Source of the DNA: a virus
Lineage: Duplodnaviria; Heunggongvirae; Uroviricota; Caudoviricetes
Direction: 5' to 3' (one strand)
Length of the DNA: 11,327 nt
IMG/VR virus record: IMGVR_UViG_2778261591_000005
Span: 1 to 11,327 of that record
The notes beneath the pieces were generated by a model. That model ran no database searches. It was not told the origin of the DNA and saw only the letters and a list, made by a program, of their open reading frames with translations. The stretch's first letter is position 1, and each line of letters opens with the position of its first letter. A program made the translations under genes and the position numbers. Of this stretch, positions 5,689 to 11,327 are shown piece after piece.

Positions 5689-6402
5689 ATGGCAGTGAAC
5701 ACCGCAATTTTTAACGGCAAAGCATCCATGACCAGCCTTGAAATCGCAGAGCTGGTGGGTAGTCAGCACTCAGATGTTAAACGTAGTATCGAACGCCTGG
5801 TTGCTAAAAACATCATCCGGAAACCGCCAATGGCTGTTTCCGAGAAAATCAATAACTTAGGTTTTAAAGTTCAATATGAGCATTACCTGTTTGAAGGAGA
5901 ACAAGGTAAACGCGACAGCATCATTGTCGTCGCTCAGCTCTGCCCTGAATTCACTGCTCGCCTGGTAGATCGCTGGCGCGAACTGGAAGAACAGATCCGT
6001 AAGCCAATGAGCGAAATCGAAATGGTTGCCGCGATGGCTCTTGAAGCTGTTCGTCAGCAGAAACGGATCACTCAGGTGGAAGAAAAAGTCAGCCACGTTG
6101 CCGAAACAGTTGAGCAAATCAAAAAGGGCACCATTCGTGAGGGCTATGCCGGATATCGCCAACTGAAAGCGAAAACCGGTTTGTCAGATGATAAATGCCG
6201 CAATCTGGTGAACGCTTATCAAATTCCTACAGACACCCATGAGTTCATGACGCCGGACGGATTGTTGTCACGTCGCGCAATTGTTGCCGTGGAACCTTTT
6301 ATGGCTGCTTTTTATCGGGTTATGGAGGAAGCAGAACCGCGAGGGACTCGCTGGTATCACCCGAAAATGGGGTTATTTCAGGTTATTGGTTGGCAGCGGT
6401 GA
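5689..6402 (+). CDS. Rha-family phage regulatory protein (paralog 1)
   Basis: N-terminal motif TSLEIAELVGSQHSDVKRSIERL matches the Rha-type signature. Start ambiguous: ATG 5653, ATG 5689 (AAGGAG directly abutting) or GTG 5695 (6-nt spacing). Confidence 0.7.
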   Translation: MAVNTAIFNGKASMTSLEIAELVGSQHSDVKRSIERLVAKNIIRKPPMAVSEKINNLGFKVQYEHYLFEGEQGKRDSIIVVAQLCPEFTARLVDRWRELEEQIRKPMSEIEMVAAMALEAVRQQKRITQVEEKVSHVAETVEQIKKGTIREGYAGYRQLKAKTGLSDDKCRNLVNAYQIPTDTHEFMTPDGLLSRRAIVAVEPFMAAFYRVMEEAEPRGTRWYHPKMGLFQVIGWQR

Positions 6403-6425
6403 AAAAAAGCCGGGAGTAACCCGGC
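6402..6425 (-). terminator. intrinsic terminator oriented for minus-strand transcription
   Basis: Minus strand: GCCGGG-uuacu-CCCGGC followed by UUUUUUU. On the plus strand the hairpin is preceded by A7 and not followed by a T-run, so it is unidirectional leftward. Confidence 0.55.
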
Positions 6426-6624
6426 TCACTCAACATCAATAACGGGGAGCTGTTTCGCATAAAACGGCTCCGAAACATCCAAGAACAGTTCTAAAGATAT
6501 CAGCAGCTATATGATCATTTCAAGACCAAATATTGATTCTGCAATTTCGGGACGTTACACTGTCTCTGCACCTTATAAAGCGGGTGCCGGGGGTCGCAGC
6601 CCGGAATTGTCAACGGCGATATAT

Positions 6625-6644
6625 GACGCGCCAGCGTCTTTTTT
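6625..6644 (+). terminator. candidate intrinsic terminator or attenuator on the plus strand between the two Rha-like genes
   Basis: GACGC-gcca-GCGTC followed by TTTTTT. Stem is short (5 bp) but GC-rich. Confidence 0.4.
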
Positions 6645-6810
6645 ATCGTCCGCGCTCACGCACGCCAGAATTATGGTGGGCTGGGCAGGGGAGCCGAAAG
6701 GCTCGCCGGTCTCCGTTGACGCCGGTACTGCGAACCCTGTTCAGTCTGCCACCAGTGAGTTTCGCAGCTCCGGTGGTGGAAGTTTTCCACAGTCAACGGA
6801 GGCTGCCATC

Positions 6811-7362
6811 ATGGCTACGATCCCAACCCTCACTCAACCTGAAATTGCCATCGTTGATGGTCAGGCTGTTACTTCATCCCTGGCTGTTGCCAATTTCTTC
6901 TCCAAGCGTCATGACGATGTACTGAAAAAGATCCGCACGCTTGAATGCTCCGCATCATTCACTGCCCGCAATTTTTCGGTGAGTGATTACACCGATTGCA
7001 CAGGCCGCAAACTACCTTGCTATCAAATCACCCGTGATGGCTTCGCGTTCCTTGCTATGGGCTTTACTGGCAAACGTGCAGCCCGGTTCAAAGAGGCATA
7101 CATCAACGCCTTTAACCAGATGGAGAAGAATTTATCTGGTGCTGACGCGGTTGATATGTCAGCTGTCGCACGAAACGCCAGAGGCGTATACCTGCATTTG
7201 CGTGAAATCCATCAAATCTGGACAAGCCAGCTTTATCCAATGCTTAAGGCCATTGAATCTCCGCTGGCTAGCAAACTGTACGACCGTGTTGGTGATGCTG
7301 TTTTTGGCGCTGCACTTGTTGATTCCAGGCTGAATGGTTCTGACAAGGAGGTTCGCCCATGA
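6811..7362 (+). CDS. Rha-family phage regulatory protein (paralog 2)
   Basis: Motif TSSLAVANFFSKRHDDVLKKIRTL. ATG at 6811 with GGAGG 9 nt upstream. The track's longer ORF from 6511 has a low-complexity G/S/A/P-rich N-terminal extension judged non-coding. Confidence 0.8.
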   Translation: MATIPTLTQPEIAIVDGQAVTSSLAVANFFSKRHDDVLKKIRTLECSASFTARNFSVSDYTDCTGRKLPCYQITRDGFAFLAMGFTGKRAARFKEAYINAFNQMEKNLSGADAVDMSAVARNARGVYLHLREIHQIWTSQLYPMLKAIESPLASKLYDRVGDAVFGAALVDSRLNGSDKEVRP

Positions 7363-7553
7363 TTAGTTACGAAATCATCATCTCCACTACGGAATACAGA
7401 AACGATGTATCAGTTCGCACGGATGTATCTGTCTGGCACCGTCGCTATAAATCCAGAAAAACAGCGGAACTGAAAGCGGCAGAGATGTGTGAAACCATCT
7501 CAATGAAAGGTAGCCCGGTTAAATACGTAACTACGGCGGAGGTGCGTCCATGA
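7359..7553 (+). CDS. hypothetical small protein (64 aa)
   Basis: AAGGAGG 8 nt upstream. ATGA overlap with the Rha paralog 2 stop. Confidence 0.55.
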   Translation: MISYEIIISTTEYRNDVSVRTDVSVWHRRYKSRKTAELKAAEMCETISMKGSPVKYVTTAEVRP

Positions 7554-7774
7554 TCCGCCACATCGTTAATTCCCTGTATCACCGATACAACCGTTGCCCC
7601 CGAGTGGGGCAGTGGTTCGCCACCAGCAACGGTCACGTTCTGCGGGTTTGCCTAGTCAACGCTGAAAGCCAGAAAGTCGTGTGCGAACTACAGGGGCGTA
7701 GCTACACCATCAGTTACCCTCTGGCGGTATTTCTGTCTGGAAAAATGTTTAAACGCCTGGGAGGTGTGTTATGA
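7550..7774 (+). CDS. hypothetical small protein (74 aa)
   Basis: GGAGG upstream. ATGA overlaps at both ends (coupled to the previous ORF and to the O-like gene). Confidence 0.55.
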   Translation: MIRHIVNSLYHRYNRCPRVGQWFATSNGHVLRVCLVNAESQKVVCELQGRSYTISYPLAVFLSGKMFKRLGGVL

Positions 7775-8580
7775 GCATGGAGCTGATGGTGAAAGCGATG
7801 AAAATTCGTGTGGGAAATCCGTTGCGAAAACTGGTTCTGATTAAGCTGGCTGATAATGCCAGCGATCAGGGCGAGTGCTGGCCCAGCTATCAGCATATTG
7901 CTGATCAGTGCGAGATTAGCAAACGTTCTGTGATGAATCATATTACGGCTCTTTGTGAATCTGGACTGGTAAAAAAAGTTTCCCGGAAAGGTGAAAAAGG
8001 TAACTCAAGTAATATCTATCTCCTTCATCTGGATGGTGCAGGAGATTCACTAGGGGGTAGTGCAAATAATTCACTATCTGGTGCAGCAAATTCACCAGGT
8101 AGTGCAGGAGTTGCACCAGGGGGTAGTGCAGGAGATTCACCCAGAACCAGTCACTCTTTTGAACCAGTCAAAGAACCAGTCAATGAATCAACTATTGGCG
8201 CATCCGCTGACGCGTCTGCACCAGCGCGTTCTGCCAGACAGGAATATTCACCGGAATTTGAACAGGCCTGGCAGGAATATCCCAAACGTGCTGGTGGTAA
8301 TTCCAAGTCAGCAGCCTTCAAAGCCTGGAAAGCCCGTATCAGGGAAGGTGTGACACCCGAAACCATGCTCAACGGTGTGAAACGCTATGCCGCCTGGGTG
8401 CGTGTCTCAGGAAATACCGGCACCCAGTTCGTGAAGCAGGCATCGACGTTCTTTGGCCCCGATCGGCACTTTGACGAATCCTGGCAACAGTCAGCAGCTC
8501 CCGGAGGTGGGCGGGGCAAAAGCCTCCCGATCTCGGGATTCAGTGAACAGGACTACGGCTCAACGAACTTCAACTGGTGA
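7771..8580 (+). CDS. phage replication initiator (lambda O-like; N-terminal HTH domain, low-complexity linker, C-terminal domain)
   Basis: N-terminal LRKLVLIKLADNASDQGECWPSYQHIADQCEISKRSVMNHITALCESGLV, a replisome-organiser type HTH. Central G/S/A-rich linker is encoded by iteron DNA. GGAGG SD. Followed by helicase loader and helicase genes. Confidence 0.85.
   Translation: MSMELMVKAMKIRVGNPLRKLVLIKLADNASDQGECWPSYQHIADQCEISKRSVMNHITALCESGLVKKVSRKGEKGNSSNIYLLHLDGAGDSLGGSANNSLSGAANSPGSAGVAPGGSAGDSPRTSHSFEPVKEPVNESTIGASADASAPARSARQEYSPEFEQAWQEYPKRAGGNSKSAAFKAWKARIREGVTPETMLNGVKRYAAWVRVSGNTGTQFVKQASTFFGPDRHFDESWQQSAAPGGGRGKSLPISGFSEQDYGSTNFNW
8034..8140. repeat. iterons (putative origin of replication) inside the O-like gene
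   Basis: Five roughly 20-bp direct repeats with 21-24 bp period (consensus about GGTAGTGCAGGAGATTCACC) at 8034, 8055, 8079, 8098 and 8121. Confidence 0.7.
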
Positions 8581-8597
8581 TTTTGTGGGGTGTGAAA

Positions 8598-9488
8598 ATG
8601 ATTAATTTCCTGAACAAACAACACATGCAACACGACAAAGCGCAATTACTCAACCGCAGTGCGGAGCTGGAGGAGGAGATGCAGTTTGCCCGTGCCGGGA
8701 AGCGTCCGTGGCGCTGTGAGCACTGGCTGGCAAGCGATGAGACTGCAGAGTGTGAGAAGCACGGAAAATATACTCGTCTGGTGTTGAAAGGGCCAGATAT
8801 TCGCGGAGAAACCATCAAACGGGTATCCGGATGTCCGCGCTGCATCGCAGAAGAACTGGATCACGTGCATGACGAATTACGCGCCCTGAAGGTTCGTGAA
8901 TTACTCGATCAGGCCGGTATTGCCCGCCGCTTTGAGAACTGCGAGTTTGAGAACTATCAGGCTGTGAATGCCGGGGCTCAGCGGAATCTTGATGCCTGCC
9001 AGCGTTATGTCGATGCCTGGAAGGATCACCTCGCGGCGGGTACCAGCATGATCATGATTGGCAATTGCGGTACCGGGAAAAATCACCTGGCTGTATCAAT
9101 GGCAAAAAATATTATTCGCCACCACCTGGCGACCGTCGAAATTACGGATGTTATGCGACTGACCCGCGCTGTGAAAAATACATGGCGTCACAATTCTGAA
9201 CGCACTGAAGATGAAGTTATTGACCATTTTGTATCACTGGACCTGCTCATCATTGATGAAGTCGGTGTTCAGTTTGGCACTCCTGCCGAGATAACCATCC
9301 TGCAGGAAATCATCAACGCGCGTTACGAAAGTATTCTGCCAACAATTCTGATCAGCAACCTGACGTTTGACCAGCTTAAGGAGTCCATTGGTGAGCGAAT
9401 TGTAGATCGCGTTACTGACGGCGGGCGTAACCGCCTGGTGTTTGGCTGGGAGAGCTACCGGGCAAATATCGGAGGTGTTGCCGCATGA
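8598..9488 (+). CDS. DnaC/IstB-like AAA+ helicase loader
   Basis: Walker A GNCGTGKNHLA, Walker B LLIIDEVG, sensor ISNLT. N-terminal region carries Cys/His pairs (CEH…CEKH…CPRC) suggesting a zinc-binding module. Start is ATG 8598 or GTG 8577 (overlapping the O-like stop). Confidence 0.85.
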   Translation: MINFLNKQHMQHDKAQLLNRSAELEEEMQFARAGKRPWRCEHWLASDETAECEKHGKYTRLVLKGPDIRGETIKRVSGCPRCIAEELDHVHDELRALKVRELLDQAGIARRFENCEFENYQAVNAGAQRNLDACQRYVDAWKDHLAAGTSMIMIGNCGTGKNHLAVSMAKNIIRHHLATVEITDVMRLTRAVKNTWRHNSERTEDEVIDHFVSLDLLIIDEVGVQFGTPAEITILQEIINARYESILPTILISNLTFDQLKESIGERIVDRVTDGGRNRLVFGWESYRANIGGVAA

Positions 9489-10885
9489 CCAGCCAGAACA
9501 ACCCGGCATGGCGTAACGATGACCTGGAAGGTGCGGTGATTGGCGCGTTTTTTCTGCGTGGGGCTGATCCGGAAGTGATGGATATTCTGGCCACGCTTCC
9601 GGCGGATGTATTTTTCGTGCGTCAGTACCGGGATATTTACGCGGGGATTTGCAGACAGGCCCGCGTATCCGGCGTCATTGACCCCGTGCTGCTGTGCAAT
9701 GAGATGCCGGAACTTGCCCCGGTGATTACCGACACCGGGCGCAAAACCTGGGTGAAGTCTTCACTGGAGCACTATGTTGCAGCGCTGCGACGCAATGCCG
9801 CACTGCGCGATGCAGAAAAAACACTGACTGAAGCATTACAGAATTTACGTGATGCACATACCTGCGAAGCGGCAGAAGATGCCCTGAAGGATGCGCAGAA
9901 CATGATGGCCTCACTGTCGACCGGAAAGGGCGTCATTCAGCCGGTTCACATTGATGATGTCCTTCCGGAAGTGGTCGACCGTGTTGAATGCCGCAATCAG
10001 GGACTGGAGAAATCCAGGGCGCTGATGACCGGTATTGATGAACTGGACGCAAAAACGGGCGGTATGGAGCCCGGAGACCTGGTATTCATTGCCGCCCGTC
10101 CTTCGATGGGGAAAACCGAACTTGCGCTGGACATCATCGACAAGGTGACTGAGCAGGGGCATGGCGTGCTTCTGTTCACCATGGAGATGGCGAACATCCA
10201 GATTGGTGAACGTATGGTGTCTGCTGCCGGTGGAATGCCGGTATCCCGTCTTAAGTCTGTTGCCCGTTTTGAAGATGAAGACTGGGCGCGTTTCTCACAG
10301 GGCGTGGGACGAATGACGGGGCGTAATATCTGGATGGTGGACCAGGCAAATCTGACCATTGATGAGATATGTGCAACCACGAGGTACCACCGGATGAAGC
10401 ATCCGGAAACGGCGCTGGTGGTGGTCGATTACCTCGGCCTGATTAAAACCCGCAGCACGGGGCGTCACGACCTTGCGGTGGGGGAAATCTCAAAGGGACT
10501 TAAAAGCCTGGCAAAATCCGGCGGTTTTCCGCTGATTGCTCTGAGCCAGCTCTCCCGCGGCGTGGAATCCAGACCCAATAAACGTCCCATGAACTCAGAC
10601 CTGAAAAACTCCGGGGAAATCGAGGCTGATGCCGACATCATTCTGATGCTTTACAGGGATGAGGTGTATAACCCGGATACACAGGCGAGAGGCATAGCAG
10701 AAATCAACATCACGAAACAGCGTAATGGCACGCTCGGGACCATTTACCGGCGTTTTCATAACGGACATTTTCTGCCTGTGGACCAGGAGAGTGCCCGGGT
10801 TCTTTCCACACCCATGACGCCGGGCAATCCGCGCAGATACAGCAATAACCGCATGTCGGGCAGTAAAGCGGAGCGTTTATTTTGA
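9485..10885 (+). CDS. DnaB-family replicative DNA helicase
   Basis: 466 aa. Walker A ARPSMGKT, Walker B VVVDYLGLI, ALSQLSR arginine-finger region, and the DnaB signature DLKNSGEIEADADIILMLYRDEVY. ATGA overlap with the loader gene. Confidence 0.92.
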   Translation: MTSQNNPAWRNDDLEGAVIGAFFLRGADPEVMDILATLPADVFFVRQYRDIYAGICRQARVSGVIDPVLLCNEMPELAPVITDTGRKTWVKSSLEHYVAALRRNAALRDAEKTLTEALQNLRDAHTCEAAEDALKDAQNMMASLSTGKGVIQPVHIDDVLPEVVDRVECRNQGLEKSRALMTGIDELDAKTGGMEPGDLVFIAARPSMGKTELALDIIDKVTEQGHGVLLFTMEMANIQIGERMVSAAGGMPVSRLKSVARFEDEDWARFSQGVGRMTGRNIWMVDQANLTIDEICATTRYHRMKHPETALVVVDYLGLIKTRSTGRHDLAVGEISKGLKSLAKSGGFPLIALSQLSRGVESRPNKRPMNSDLKNSGEIEADADIILMLYRDEVYNPDTQARGIAEINITKQRNGTLGTIYRRFHNGHFLPVDQESARVLSTPMTPGNPRRYSNNRMSGSKAERLF

Positions 10886-11139
10886 ATAACAGAACAGCCA
10901 CTGTTTCACCGGAACAACTTCGTCGCCAGGCGCAGGAGATGCTTCGTTGTGCTGAACAGATGGAAAAAATGAGCGTGGCAAAGGATACGCTCCGCAAGCA
11001 GCTTACTCCGGCGCTTCGTGATCTGCTGCAGGCAAAACACCGCACACAAAAGGCGGTGGATGAGCTGGTGGATTGCGTGGCGGAACTGGAAGGCAAGGTA
11101 AGCCAGTTTGAAACTCTGGTGAAGGAGTTTACTGCGTGA
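10882..11139 (+). CDS. hypothetical small coiled-coil protein (85 aa, TTG start overlapping the helicase stop)
   Basis: Helical and charged (…LRRQAQEMLRCAEQMEKM…VDELVDCVAELEGKVSQFETLVKEF). Internal ATG at 10939 is an alternative start. Confidence 0.45.
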   Translation: MNNRTATVSPEQLRRQAQEMLRCAEQMEKMSVAKDTLRKQLTPALRDLLQAKHRTQKAVDELVDCVAELEGKVSQFETLVKEFTA

Positions 11140-11190
11140 TGGCTGAATTTTTTCTCCTGTGTTCATGCAATATCGTTCGCTGAGGTGACC

Positions 11191-11327
11191 GTGAGAGCAT
11201 TGTTGACTCCTGAAATTGCCCCGCGAATGGGGATTGTATTGTTCAGACCCGGTTCAGAGCTGATGCCCCTGTTTATGCAGGGGCGTGTCCTGCTGGAGCC
11301 TGAGCCGGAACGTTATTCATCTTTCGC
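11191..11327 (+). CDS. possible 5' end of a further gene running off the window
   Basis: Frame opens at 11140 right after the stop of the 85-aa ORF and remains open to the window end (…VTVRALLTPEIAPRMGIVLFRPGSELMPLFMQGRVLLEPEPERYSSF). Candidate GTG at 11191 with GAGG upstream. Not in the ORF track because it is truncated. Confidence 0.2.
   Translation, partial: MRALLTPEIAPRMGIVLFRPGSELMPLFMQGRVLLEPEPERYSSF

Noticed and set aside
5857-6162. Minus-strand ORF (101 aa) inside Rha paralog 1
   Set aside because: Antisense shadow ORF within a gene that carries the Rha signature; no RBS.
6511-6925. Long N-terminal extension of Rha paralog 2 (from 6511) and overlapping ORF 6533..6925
   Set aside because: The products are G/S/A/P/R-rich and low-complexity, with no SD at either start, and the region contains terminator-like hairpins. 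A good SD and ATG at 6811 match where the Rha motif begins. Treated as structured non-coding DNA.
7943-8372. ORFs 7943..8140 (minus), 8060..8353 (plus) and 8151..8372 (minus), with repetitive His/Leu/Val/Gln-rich products
   Set aside because: They lie in alternative frames or on the opposite strand of the O-like initiator gene and are produced by the iteron repeats; the products are low-complexity and have no RBS.
8570-11166. Minus-strand ORFs antisense to the loader, helicase and 85-aa genes (8570..8845, 8646..8870, 8901..9086, 9234..9509, 9412..9594, 9726..9914, 9911..10162, 9997..10380, 10710..11096, 10906..11166)
   Set aside because: All lie opposite genes with unambiguous Walker and DnaB motifs; products are Ser/Arg/Cys-rich shadow frames.
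1-11327. Search for CRISPR arrays, tRNA or rRNA genes, integrase or transposase, and att-like or IS inverted repeats
   Set aside because: No regularly spaced repeat-spacer array, no tRNA-like cloverleaf candidates and no recombinase motifs were seen. The only regular repeats are the iterons inside the O-like gene.

Overview
This window reads as the immunity and replication region of a lambdoid enterobacterial prophage, called from the sequence and ORF track alone (motif recognition, no database searches). At the centre is a divergent lysogeny switch: a cI-like LexA/S24-family repressor (4116..4805, minus) and a Cro-like YdaS/DUF1019-type protein (4939..5211, plus). Left of the repressor, all on the minus strand: a self-contained unit with its own consensus promoter encoding a tandem-XRE-HTH protein plus a small paralog of its N-terminal domain (the position rexAB holds in lambda); a chain of translationally coupled small ORFs; a basic 130-aa protein; a small 2-TM membrane protein coupled to an SPFH/band-7 lipoprotein; and an acidic protein. 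Right of Cro-like: a convergent 97-aa orphan gene, two tandem Rha-family paralogs separated by about 400 bp of structured non-coding DNA with opposing intrinsic terminators, two small coupled ORFs, and a replication module (O-like initiator with in-gene iterons, DnaC/IstB-like loader, DnaB-family helicase). No rRNA, tRNA, CRISPR array, integrase or transposase was seen. The best candidates for an undescribed system are the tandem-HTH plus decoy-like paralog module and the SPFH lipoprotein/small membrane protein pair; their functions are inferred, not demonstrated.
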